Positions 10,791 to 22,163 of a stretch of 64,000 bases of DNA are shown in pieces (positions within the stretch are counted from its first letter, which is position 1; every line of letters starts with the position of its first letter). A model generated the notes under the pieces. The model was not told the DNA's origin. It made no database searches and saw only the letters and a program-made list of their open reading frames with translations. The DNA is from Ptychomitrium polyphyllum (Eukaryota): contig OZ316776.1 of assembly GCA_973851085.1 (NCBI GenBank), forward strand, positions 4,898,001-4,962,000, given 5' to 3'. Both the position numbers and the translations under genes were made by a program.

Positions 10791-13700
10791 ACCTTCAAAC
10801 CCTACCTCTTGTTTTACATTTCCTATCAAAATTAAATTGTTAGATGATGAAATAATTAGCGAGGCTCTCTTAGACACTGGTGCAACGGCATGTTTTATGG
10901 ACAAGGATTTTGCAACCAAACATCACATGGTGCTTGTGAAGAAAAAATATCCTGCACATGTTGAAGTTATTGATGGACGATCTCTTGCGTCTGGCAACGT
11001 TATTAAAGAAACTCAACCATTGGAGGTTATTTTAGGAAACTAGGCATCTAAAATTGTCTTCAACATCATTCAATGCCGAACGAATCCTATTGTTTTGGGC
11101 CTTCCTTGGTTTGAATTACATAATCCAGACATTGACTGGAGCTCACGGAGTGTGGTCTCAAGGAAAAGACGCCAAGGTACGAGAAATCTTGGACCATCAT
11201 TTATTGGAGCTAAGGCATTTATGAGAGCGGCAAAGGATGAACCAATCTATGCCATTTATGCCACGCCAATGTCTAGTTCAAAAGTAGAGACTAATCAAAA
11301 CATACCTCGTCAATATCAAGATTATAAAGACGTTTTTGAAAAGAAGAATGCGGACATGTTACCAAAGCACCGGCCATACGATTGTACCATTGAGTTGCAA
11401 GAAGGAGCCCAACCACCTTTTGGACCTATTTATAACTTATCACAAACTGAGTTGGCTACCTTGAGAGAATATATTGATCAAAACCTTGGAAAGGGTTTCA
11501 TTCAACATTCTAAATCACCTACTGGAGCACCCATTCTATTTGTAAAGAAGAAAGATGGATCATTACGTATGTGCGTGGACTATCGAGGCCTCAACAAAGT
11601 AACAAAAAAGAATCGCTATCTATTACCATTAATCTCAGGACTCCTACAACAACTTGGCCAAGCAAAGATATTCACCAAAATTGATCTTAGTAGAGCCTAC
11701 AATCTTGTACGCATCAAAGAACGAGATGAATGGAAGACAGCTTTTCGATCTAGGTATGGCCATTTTGAATACAATGTCATGCTTTTTGGCCTTACTAATG
11801 CTCCCGCAGTCTTTCAACATATGATGAATGATATCTTCCATGAATATCTGGATGATTTTGTAGTCATCTACTTAGATGATATTTTGATATATTCAAAGGA
11901 TGAACAAGACCACGAATGTCATGTGCAAATGGTCTTAGAAAAACTACGCCAGCGAGGATTATATGCCAAATTGGAGAAGTGCCTTTTCCATGAATCATCG
12001 GTTGAATTTTTAGGCTACATCATTTCCAAAGGAGGAATCCATATGGATAAGAAAAAATTAAGCACTGTCACGGAGTGGAGTACGCCAAGATCAATTTGAG
12101 ATGTTCAATGCTTCTTGGGATTTGCAAACTTCTATAGAATATTCATCAAGAATTATTCCAATATTGCGGCACCATAAACACGTCTTACGAGGAAGCAAAA
12201 ATTCATTTGAGATGAAGAGGCGGAAAAAGCATTTCAAAGTCTTAAAAAATCATTCACGTCGGCTCCAATTCTTATTCATCCAAATCCATCAAAGCCTTTT
12301 TATTTGGAAGCGGATGCCTCTGATTTTGCGCTTGGCTCAGTACTCTCACAATATGATGAAGACGGGAGACTTCACCCTCTTGCCTTTCGTTCAAGGAAGT
12401 TCTCAGCGGCAGAGATCAACTATGATATACATGATAAAGAACTACTTGCAATTGTGGATGCGTTTGAAGAATGGCGACACTTATTGGAAGGAGCTCAACA
12501 TACCATCACGATATACATTGACCACAAGAACTTGGAGTATTTCATGAGTGCGCACGTTTTGAATCGCCGTCAAGCAAGGTGGAGTATGTCGCTTTCCAGA
12601 TTTGACTTTATCATTACCTATCGATTTGGTAGCTTGCAAGGTAAGCCAGATGCCTTATCTCGAAGATCTTATTTAGCTCCTCAACTTGGAGATGATGTTT
12701 TGAATCAACAAAGGACTATTTTATTGAAGCCTGAGAATCTTCAATTGAAAGCAGCCATTATTACGACAACATCCCATTTTGACGAAATTCGGAAGGCTTT
12801 GAAGAATGACGCCTTTGTTTCAAATATAAAGAAGCGCGTCAAAGACAATGGAAATCCTTCAAATAGCGATGAGGATTTTGAATTCCAAGAGGGCCTACTT
12901 TATTATAAAGGACTTTTGTACCTACTTCCAGGCCCTTTGCGGTTAAAGATCCTTTGGATGCAATAAAACAATGGAATTGATTGCTAGAGATTATTGGTGG
13001 CCACAAATGTGGAAGTACGTAAAGGACTTTATTCGATCATACGACACTTGTGCAAGAGCCAAGGTACTAAGGCACCAACCTCATGGTCTCCTCCATCCGC
13101 TTCCAGTGCCAAGGGGCCCATGGTTGTCTTTATCAATGGATTTTATCACGGACCTTCCAAATTCCGATTCTAAGGATTCTATTTTGGTAGTGGTGGATCG
13201 ATTTACCAAAATGGCACATTTCATTCCATGCAATAAGACGGTAACGGGAGAAGAAACTGCCAAGTTGTTCCTAAATCACGTCTACCGCATACATAGACTA
13301 CCAGATGATATTGTATCTGATCGAGGGCCGCAGTTCATTTCCAACTTTTGGAGGGCTCTATTCCAGTTGTTGCGTGTAAAGATCAATCTTTCTTCAACAC
13401 ACCATCTACAAACTGATGGCCAAACCGTACGCGTGAATCAAATTTTGGAGCAGTACCTTCGTTGTAGCATAAACTACCAGCAAGACAATTGGATGGACCT
13501 CTTGCCTTTGGCAGAATTTGCTTACAACAATACGATGCATTCTTCAACAACTCAAAGTCCATTCTTTGCAAACTATGGGCATCATCCTTGAACAGATCCA
13601 TTTCAAGTGAAGCATGTTGGAAGTCCCGCAGCAGAGGATTTTGCAATTCAACTTGCTAAAATCCATCAAGAAATTACCTTCCAGTTACAACAAGCTCAAG

Positions 13701-14185
13701 ATCGTTATAAAACTTATGCAGATCGCCATCGGAAGGACCATCTAAAGTTGAAGGTTGGAGATAGCGTATGGCTCCTACGACGAAATATACAGACAAAAAG
13801 ACCATCAAAGAAGTTGGACTATCAAAGGCTTGGACCGTTTGAAATCAGCAAACAAATAAATCCGGTTAATTATTGCCTAAAGCTACCACCAAGCATGCAA
13901 ATTCATCCAGTATTCCACGTATCGTTGTTGGAAACCTATAACAAATCATGTATACCAGCGAGAATTGTTCCTCCGCCTCCTCCGCTGGAAATCAATAATG
14001 AAATTGAATATGAAGTGGAAGAGATCTTAGATTCACGCATCAAGAACGGACATGTGGAGTACCTTATACATTGGCAAGGATATGGCATCAATGACCGAAC
14101 ATGGGAACCTTCAACGAATGTAACAAACGCATCCAAGAAGGTACGCGAATTTCATCAAAGATATCCTCAGAAACCAGGTCAGTGA
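10741..14185 (+). pseudogene. pol of family-A element (protease, RT, RNase H, integrase, chromodomain)
   Basis: ALLDTGA, RMCVDYRGLN, YLDD, EADASDFA, SMDFITDLP, SDRGPQF and chromodomain [22 protein letters not shown]. Premature stops at 11041, 12097, 12176, 12208 and 13589. A frameshifting deletion near 12950 removes the integrase HH zinc ligands. Confidence 0.93.
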
Positions 14186-14346
14186 TGATGTGTCATCAGC
14201 AGCCGTTAGCTTCACAGAGAAGTTTTCCCTTCATAGACAAGTATAAGAAGGGAGGAGAGATATCCAGACCTCCAATTGTATGCAGCGTTATTTTTAAGAT
14301 AGATCATTTCTAGATCCTAGCCAGTATTTCAAATCTTCGTGTTATC

Positions 14347-14784
14347 ATGGATATTCGTGAAGAGCAGTCGGCCATGCCTTCATCAACAACAGCATCTGTT
14401 GAGCCAACTCAACTTTCTCAGCCCTCGGTAACGGAGGATCTAAGTCAAGATATGAGAGGGACATCCCAACGTCGAGTACGACCTCGTGCAGAAGTATTGG
14501 CTAGTCGCCCTTCACATTCCAGTCTTGATTCAAATGCTCGCGCTCTAATCATCTTGTTAGAAATTGGAAGAGTCACCTCTGGAGGACCCGAAATCTTGTT
14601 TGGAGGATGTTTTGAAGGACTTAATCAAGATCAGATCTTGGGATGGGACATTTCAACAACAGAAGTCTTGGCTGGTGGCCATCGGCGTTTCTTGCAAGGA
14701 TCAGTTGAGCCAGTGAACAGAGAACAACGAGCAGAGTATGTTGCTTCACTCCTTCGACAAATTTTGGAATTTGTAGAAATGTGA
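14347..14784 (+). CDS. Extra ORF (145 aa, unknown function) between pol and PPT
   Basis: ATG-initiated, uninterrupted, S/T/P/Q-rich N-terminus followed by a globular-looking C-terminal half. Lies inside the element. No family recognised. Confidence 0.5.
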   Translation: MDIREEQSAMPSSTTASVEPTQLSQPSVTEDLSQDMRGTSQRRVRPRAEVLASRPSHSSLDSNARALIILLEIGRVTSGGPEILFGGCFEGLNQDQILGWDISTTEVLAGGHRRFLQGSVEPVNREQRAEYVASLLRQILEFVEM

Positions 14785-14825
14785 CAAGCAAGCCAAGAAA
14801 ACAACTCCTCATGGGACTCGTCGCT

Positions 14826-14839
14826 AAAAGGGGAGGTGA
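14826..14839 (+). promoter_or_regulatory. Polypurine tract of family-A element
   Basis: AAAAGGGGAGGTGA directly abuts the TG of the 3' LTR. Confidence 0.85.
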
Positions 14840-15484
14840 TGTCACGGACATAAATCATGCAACATAGTCCTTAGAACATTCTAGAACCTTCTAGTATACT
14901 AGAATAGTTTCTTAGAATACTTTTAGATGTCTCCATAGCCTTTTTTATGTTTTTAGGAAGCTTCCTAGGAAAGTTCCTCCATCTTAGGAAACTTCCTAGG
15001 AAGGTTCTATCATCTTAGGTTATTTCCTAGGAAACTTCCTAGGAAGCTTCCATCACCTTAGGAAACTTCCTAGGAAGGTTCTACCTCTTCAGGAAACTTC
15101 CTAAGAAGGTTCCGCTACCTTAGGAAACTTTCAAGGAAGATTCCAACTCCTTGGAAGCTTCCAAAGAAGGTTCCAATTCCTTGGAGGCTACTTAGGAAGG
15201 TTCCAACATCTTAGGAAGCTTCTTGGGAAGGTTCCTTAGACTTCCAGAACATTCTTAAGCCTTGTAGGAAGCTTCTTTAGAAGTATCATAGGAGATACAA
15301 ACGTCCCAGTATAAATAGGAGGCAAGATAAGGTATTCCTTAGTCTTGCCAACACAAGTTGTGGATCATCTTGAATCCTACCTTGTTCTAGTCTTTGTATC
15401 AACTTCTTGTTAATCATTAGTTCTTTGGAAGCTAATTCTTGGGAAACACTTCGTTTCTGCTTCTTGTTTCTTGTGTTCCTAATA
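14840..15484 (+). repeat. 3' LTR of family-A element (645 bp)
   Basis: Near-identical to the 5' LTR but 104 bp longer through extra internal repeat units. Terminal CA has mutated to TA. Confidence 0.95.
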
Positions 15485-17700
15485 ACATGAGCATATGAGG
15501 CATTTACAAGTAATATTTGAGCGGTTACAACAATAGAGCTTGCACTAGCATTCTAACAAGTGTAAGTTTTTTCATGACCGTTTATCATATATGGGCAATA
15601 TAATCATTCTAAGAGGTCTTGGCGTGCAGCAAGTAAAAGTGGATGCTTTGCATATGATCCCGGTTCCAAGCACTGTGGCATGGCTTTGTGCTTTTTCTGG
15701 ATTAGCAAATTTTAACCGTTAGTTTGTCACAAGTTTTAGCTTGATTGCCAAGGCTTTGACAATTCTTACAAGCAAGAACCAACAATGACTTGGAATCTTG
15801 AGTAGCAACAAGCATTTGAAATGTTGAAGCAAAGGCTAAGTCGAGTTTTAATGCTTCAAGGCCCAAAAATTACCAGATCCTTCTATTTACACATTGATTG
15901 GAGTACAATAGGTTTATGAACAATTTTGGCATAGAAAGATGAAGAGGGACGGAAGTATGTCATTTCATTTGCTTTTAGAAGTTACAACAATGCAAAGTCC
16001 AATTATTCATCTTATGAAGGAGAAGCTTTTGCAGCAATGTGGGCCATTGCTTACTTCTGTTCTTATTTGTATAGACAACCATTTATGTTGGTAACCGACC
16101 ATCAACCTTTGAAGTGCCTTATGGAATTGGACAAGTTCACAAGCAAGCTTATTAAATGAATATTGTTGCTCCAAAAATATGACTTTGAAGCTCTACACCA
16201 GGCAAGCATCACCAATTTGGATGTGGATGGAATTTTTTGCAATCCAAGTCCTTAACCGGAGCCAAATGGTATGGAGATTGCAATAGAGAGGCAGGTCATA
16301 AATAGCACGTAGCAACATATTTTATTTTGATGTTAAATTTTGCATTTGAGTTATTTATTTAAGGTTCAAATGAAGAACCTAATAAAGTTCAAGTTGTTGA
16401 TAATGTGTGGGAGGACCTTAGAGTCTTGTACAAACTTCAACAAGGAACATTTCCTTTAGCTATCTTTCTTATGGAACAAGATAGAATTGCTCATCAAATA
16501 GCAAGGTTCCATTGGCAAGATGGCTTGTTGTTTTGAATATGGCCATATAGAGCTAGGCGTATAGTTCCAAGGCTACATCAATAAGCTTCTTTGGTGCAAC
16601 AAATGCATGAGGATCTTGAACATTTTGGAGTATATAGGACATATTCTATGTTGCGCAATCTATATAAGAAGACTAGCATGTATCAAGAGGTCATTACATA
16701 TATTTCTTGGTATGAGGTGTATGATCGGGTTAGATCAAGTTTTAACACCTTATTACCTCAATTAAGGCCTTTGCCTATCATAGGTTTGGGCTATTGTTGG
16801 TCATTAGATTTTGCTAAACCACTTGATATTACTCCACGTAGAGCTAAGTACGTATTGGTAATAATGGAGTACTTTAACAAGTGGATTAAATTTGTTATTC
16901 TACTACAAAATTCCTTAGAATTGGCAGCTATGGCTTTTCTTAATCATATTTTGGCACCTTTTGTAGCACCTATTGAGGTGTTGACAGATCAAAGGAGGGA
17001 ATTCTTTGGTTCTTTTGAAGATTTGTGCACTAAGGTCCTAAGAGATCATAGCATTACCTCAAAGGATCATCCTAAGGCAGATGGCTTAGCTGAAAGAATT
17101 GTTTAGATAATTAAATGTGGTTTAATAAAGTATGGATTGCTTTGTAGGAACCATTGTAGTTGGAACCTAATACTACTATGGATTACTATGGACTATTGTA
17201 TTAGCAGACAAGCATCTTTGACATCTTACAATCCTTACTAGTTATTGTATGGAAGAAAGCCTATTTTGCCTAGCTTAATACATAGGAAGTTGGCTTTACT
17301 TGTTGACTTGGATGACCTTGATGTTTGGATTCAATGTCTATATGATCAAAGAAAGTTCTTCAAAAGAGTCATACCTATGGCCATGGAAAATATATCCATT
17401 GCTTAGCATCGTGATACTTTGCGTTATGCTCATATCCATAGTGGAGCTTATTGACCTCAGTTGCCAAGATACTCCAAGGAAGATTATGTGTATTTACAGC
17501 ATGCGGTACCTACTACATTTAATATAAAGGCAAGGTGCACCATTCTATGTATAATGGATGTGTTGCCTAGTGGTATTTTATAATTAGAAGGTAACAATGG
17601 ATGGGAGTGTTGGAAGCATTCTAAGAATTATGTTCCATGCCACCTTTCTGTTGATGGTACTGTACATTCTAAGTAGGTAGTAGTACCAATTGGCCTTCTT

Positions 17701-17835
17701 TGCTTTGTATATGGTGAGAAGAAAGAAGCAACCACCATGCTACTATGTAATTAGTGTCAACGTGGTTGGCATATGGCATGTCTGACCCTTTTTCTTTTTA
17801 TCTTACCTTTTGGAGATTGGATTTGCCCTTGTTGT
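17701..17835 (+). other. PHD finger (C4HC3) at the C-terminus of element P integrase, degenerate
   Basis: Translates CFVYGEKKEATTMLLCN*CQRGWHMACLTLFLFILPFGDWICPCC, matching PHD spacing Cx2C..LLCDxC..WHxxCL..P.GDW.CPxC. The deviations at ligand and stop positions are single G>A or C>T changes. Confidence 0.85.
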
Positions 17836-20569
17836 AAGAAGACTTCTAGCCTTATCTCACCTATTAATAAGAGTTGAAGATTTTATGAAAATTTGCAACA
17901 TGTTGGATAATTTTTAGTTACAAGTTCAAAATTGGAATTAGGCATGAAAATTGGCAAAGGATTTGACATCAAAAACTATTGAAGGCGATTATAGATGGGG
18001 CTCACATTGTACCGGGCCTAAAAATTACCTAGTCACTTTTTTTTAGCTTTCTTGGCTTATTTGGATTATCATAACATCAGCGTGGCATTTTTTTTCACCT
18101 ATGTATGATTGTGATCCCAAATGTCTGGCAAGGCTCCATGATCAAGAAGAGGGACACTAGAGGATGTGCTTGTTGTACATTCCTATTTGGTTTTTGTTTA
18201 CCACAAAACTTATTATAGTTGTAATACTCAATCTGTTGAGTTGGTGATCTCAATTATCGTTCATTTCAGCCTAGGTGGTTATAAAGGTGGCAACAGTAGA
18301 GCATCCTACTCACCTTTTCAATCTCCATCAATAGTACTGCAGCATACCAATACTATTTCGCCTGCAATAAGCATATTCGTCATTGCAATTGTAAATCATA
18401 TCTTCACTATCATTTGTCGAAATGGCACAATATTGGGATATTCCGGAAATAAATCGCATACAAGGAAATGCTCCAATTGTGTAGCCTCACTACTAGAAAA
18501 CTAGCACTGACAAGCCCAAACGACAACTGAAGAACTTGTCAAAATTGAGTTCATACTGCAGAGCTCCTCCATGAATTGAACAACAGTGTGACATTGATGC
18601 ACTCAGCTACCTGTAAACCATATCACCTTACTTGCATGAAAAACAAAACCTAATTTAAACGATACTATATAAAAATACACTAAAATTCTTATTTGTATGC
18701 ATTTGTGTTTTATTTACACAAAACTTTAGCACGCTACTCAAAGTGAACTTTTTACTTTGAGCAAATGTAGAAGTTCTATAATATGAATAAATATCAACAA
18801 CAAAATTAGTATCAACAAACATGCAATGTAAAACTTTTACTTTTAATGGTATGTCGGAACCTTGCATAATTATAAAGCAAAACCACTTTAATTGGAATTC
18901 AAAAAATAATTGAATGAATTGGAATAGAAATAATATTTTAAGGGCTGTATCCATTTCCAATATCAAAATATAGTTTCTTTATTGAAAACTAATATACCCA
19001 AAGATATTCTCATGAAATAGTATTTAGAAAATAAATATATTAATACTACATTTCCAATCACACATAAATCAAAATCCATAATCATAATTCTTAAGTTAAG
19101 TATTAAGTTGCAAGTACTTATCAATGAATGAGCCTCTATTTTCAACCATTTAATATTAAATTACTCAGACCAGTCTTAAAACGGTGGAATTATTAGTGGA
19201 TTATTGGTGCAATATATGTTGATTAGAAGTGGGACCCAGCTTAAATGGATTGCAGTGGTCCAAACTGATCCCATTGACTGAACTACAGACTCCCATGAGA
19301 GCATATAATCCACGTTTATTCCACATTAACTTATTTATTTATCTATTTATTTATTTAATTCTATTTGACTTAAATTAAGTTCCCCGTTAAATAATATTGG
19401 ATTTGTGTGTCGCCTGCTATAACGTCGCATTCCCTGCCATTGCCACTTCGAAGACCAGACAGCCCCTTCTGCCTAACATTCAAGAACTTGCTCACAGACC
19501 CACTAACACAGTGACACGTAGTATCCATCCTCGCGGCGACGAGACGACACTCACCACTTGACCCGCTACAGCACCACCATCCGAGAAGGTGGCAATTCGC
19601 ACAAATGTTCAACTAAATTTTCAGCCCATGTCCACCTTTGAATCCTGCAGAATCGGAAGCGGCACCACAAAAGAATTAGAATGTTGTTAGCCACCTCAGC
19701 AACGAACTCCCGGAAGGGCCGACGCCAAACACGCTTGGTATCACATCGAGAGGCTGCTTTGAGTGGCACACTATTTCAAGAATAAACGTTATTTAACCAC
19801 AATATCAATGCTTTCTGTAGATTTAAAGGATAGTATTCATATGGAAAATTTTAGTGTAGTGGAGCGTGCACATTATTCTGGAGGGAACACTAGATAGACT
19901 TTTTGGGGCAGGGTTGTCCGACTCATCAACGAGGGCGCCACCGTGTCCACCTTTACTCGTGCAGAATTTTCAAGGAATTTTCAAATCTCCGGCATGCCAG
20001 TTCCTAAGCTAGGTCGCACAGGGAATTGGAGAGATTCTAAAGGTTTCCTTCTTGTGCGATGACTCAAAACCAGAGATTCGGAACACAACCCTGGACGTAG
20101 CTCGGGATTTTAAGAAACCGACTCATGCGGCACACAGATTCAACAGCAATAGACATGAATGTCATCTCCACCATAACCACCTCCGCTAGAATCTCGGGAT
20201 CCGCCGACGACCAACTCGGCGACCACTTCGGCGACCACCTCGGCGCGACTCCTCCGCAGCTGTAGTGGTATTGTGCGCTTAAACAACTTGAATGCAACTC
20301 CGAGGATCCGTGACACTCCAACTCCCACTGCGACGGGGCTCTGCTGGTCCAATCTCACCTATAAAGGACTTGCACCGTTATCCAACAACCCCAAATTTGG
20401 CCATCTCTGGCTCCGAATTTGGGCACTTATCACAAATCACTTGTTCGCTGCATTGCGACTTGTGAGCACTGCTCTTCGACCTCCCGAATAGTTCACAGTA
20501 CGCACGAAATACTTCATCGCGGTTAGATTCCTTCGTACTTGCAGATCACCACCTCCGTTGCTCACAATC

Positions 20570-21405
20570 ATGGCGACCATCAATACCTTGCTTGCGAAAC
20601 AGCGGCAGCTGTTCGTAATCCTGGCCTATCTGGTCGCTGTCGCCCTGCAACTGATACCAGTGGTGCCAGTGCTGGGCGGGCAGCTCAGCGCCAACGGCTA
20701 CAACGAACAGTGGATGGCGGGGCATGCAACGTGGTACGGAGAGCCGAATGGCGAGGGCTCGAGCGGGGGCGCGTGCGGGTATCAGAAGCTCACCGGGACG
20801 CCCTACGGGCCTAAGATCGCGGCCGGCAACGACCCCATTTTCCAGGGCGGCAAGGGCTGCGGGCAGTGCTACGACGTGAATGCAGCTACACGAGTTGCAG
20901 GGCCGAGCCCACGCGCGTGGTGATCACGGACCAGTGCCCCGGTGGCACGTATTGCAGTACGGACCAGCCCGCGTTTGACCTCAGCGGCGCGGCCATCGGC
21001 GCCATGGCCCAACCGAACCGCGACGGCGAGCTGCGCAACATTGGGCTGTACGACATCTTGTACAAGCGCGTACCGTGCGTCTACGGCAAGCAGAACATCG
21101 CGTTTGCTGTGGACGCCGGGTCGTCGGCGTTCTGGCTGTCGTTCACGGTGAAATACCAGGGCGGGCCTGGCGACATTGACGGCGTAGAGGTGCGGCAAGG
21201 TGGCAGCGACTCGTTCCAGCCAGCGAAGCACAACTGGGGCGCCAACTGGATGCTGATCAACACCTCGGGGCAGCCATTCAAGGGCCCTTACTCCGTGAAG
21301 ATCACATCGAAATTGAACGGTCACTCCGTCACTGCCAATAACGTGGTCCCGGAATTCTTTGAGCCTGGGAAGGTGTATGAGAGCAAAGTGCAGTTTGCAT
21401 ACTGA
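20570..21405 (+). pseudogene. EXPB: Beta-expansin (EXPB), intronless CDS with a single 1-nt frameshift near 20880 (pseudogene or sequence error)
   Basis: Signal-peptide-like N-terminus, HATWYG..GGACGY, GKGCGQCY, then in a shifted frame TDQCP..AFDLSG and a CBM63-type domain (WGANW). 'gtg aa tgc' lacks one base compared with 'gtc aag tgc' in the paralog. TATA at about 20360. Confidence 0.88.
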
Positions 21406-22092
21406 GGATCGATTTCTTTTGCCGGTGCTACCAGTCTGCCGCCAGTGATCGAAAATTTTGTTCTCCTTATTATACAGCAACTGTATGATGAGAATCAGCT
21501 CGAGTAGGAGCGTCTCCGAAGCAACAGAAGGAGGGCTTCCGACTGCAGTATATTATAGGAATGCAGCGTTAGAAGGTTGTTGTTCAGTATATTGCAGCTC
21601 AGAGTGGCTCCACTATGACGTTGACTTTGCAGCAGAGCAGAGATCTGGGCCTGGTAGTTGATGTAACATAGTTGACCTACTCACACAGTACATGACAGGT
21701 CGAGTGAGGCATTTAGTTTATAGTTGCTGTAGCCGGCTTAAAATTAAGTGCATGTATAATTTGGTTTGTGCACTGCACTTCGAGAAACAACTTCTGCCTG
21801 GTCCTTCGGTATGTCCCAAAAGCGGGCTGCTGCTATTTAATTAATTACAACGTGACAGTCTCATTTCCACATGCATTTTCGCAGTACTCTACATTACGAC
21901 ACTTAAAGGATTGAGTGAATGACCTTGTAGTTGGCTTTCCTGGACTGTGAGCATTAATTTAGTGTATAAATTCCTGTTAACCGGCGAGTGCACCCTTCCA
22001 GATCCCGAGGAATAATTTCCTGACTAACGAAGTGCTACAAGAACGACAGCAAAATGAAGCGACAGTGTCAAAGGATAATCATTGCATGTCGC

Positions 22093-22163
22093 TGCACCGG
22101 CCGGGAATCGAACCCGGGTCTGTACCGTGGCAGGGTACTATTCTACCACTAGACCACCGGTGC
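22093..22163 (-). tRNA. trnG-GCC: tRNA-Gly (GCC)
   Basis: Minus strand GCACCGGTGGTCTAGTGGTAGAATAGTACCCTGCCACGGTACAGACCCGGGTTCGATTCCCGGCCGGTGCA, 71 nt, with paired acceptor stem, A and B boxes and GCC anticodon. Confidence 0.97.

Larger units (their letters stand above)
8939..15484 (+). mobile_element. Full-length Ty3/gypsy chromovirus (family A, Tcn1/Tf1-sushi-like), inactivated
   Basis: Two LTRs, perfect TSD ACATG (8934-8938 and 15485-15489), gag, PR-RT-RH-INT-chromodomain and a PPT. The clade call is an inference from domain style and the self-priming PBS. Confidence 0.95.
4432..17877 (+). pseudogene. gag-pol of element P (PR-RT-RH-INT-PHD), many stops; RT split by insertions at 7643-8643 and 8939-15484
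   Basis: RT reads KSDQYSMP | IPKELF across the first insertion and IIFSGSPH | EHMRHLQ across the second. The integrase frame (same frame as ORF 16591) continues, through several in-frame stops, to TGA at 17875-17877. Confidence 0.85.
3150..18230 (+). mobile_element. Old, degenerate Ty3/gypsy retrotransposon lacking a chromodomain (element P); host of nested insertions; boundaries approximate
   Basis: Collinear decayed domains: gag (MVQTR at 4432; knuckle CNHCSRLNHSENY near 5487), protease (VMMDSNAQP near 6378), RT (YVDD near 8900), RNase H (FYLHIDWS..SNYSSYEGE near 15880-16020), integrase (WSLDFA..EVLTDQ..ADGLAER, 16591-17106) and a PHD finger. Matching LTRs could not be resolved by eye. Confidence 0.8.

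Noticed and set aside
18144..18230. PPT and 3' LTR of element P
   Set aside because: A purine-rich tract followed by TG is present, but no matching 5' LTR or TSD could be identified, so boundaries are left approximate.
18488..19861. Possible CACTA element (cactactagaaaa ... ttttagtgtagtg)
   Set aside because: Termini match poorly beyond CACTA, there is no 3-bp TSD and no transposase remnant.
20869..21480. 203-aa antisense ORF over the first expansin (likewise 32417-33169 and 32596-33282 over the second)
   Set aside because: Shadow ORFs caused by the high GC3 of the real CDS; no recognisable motifs.
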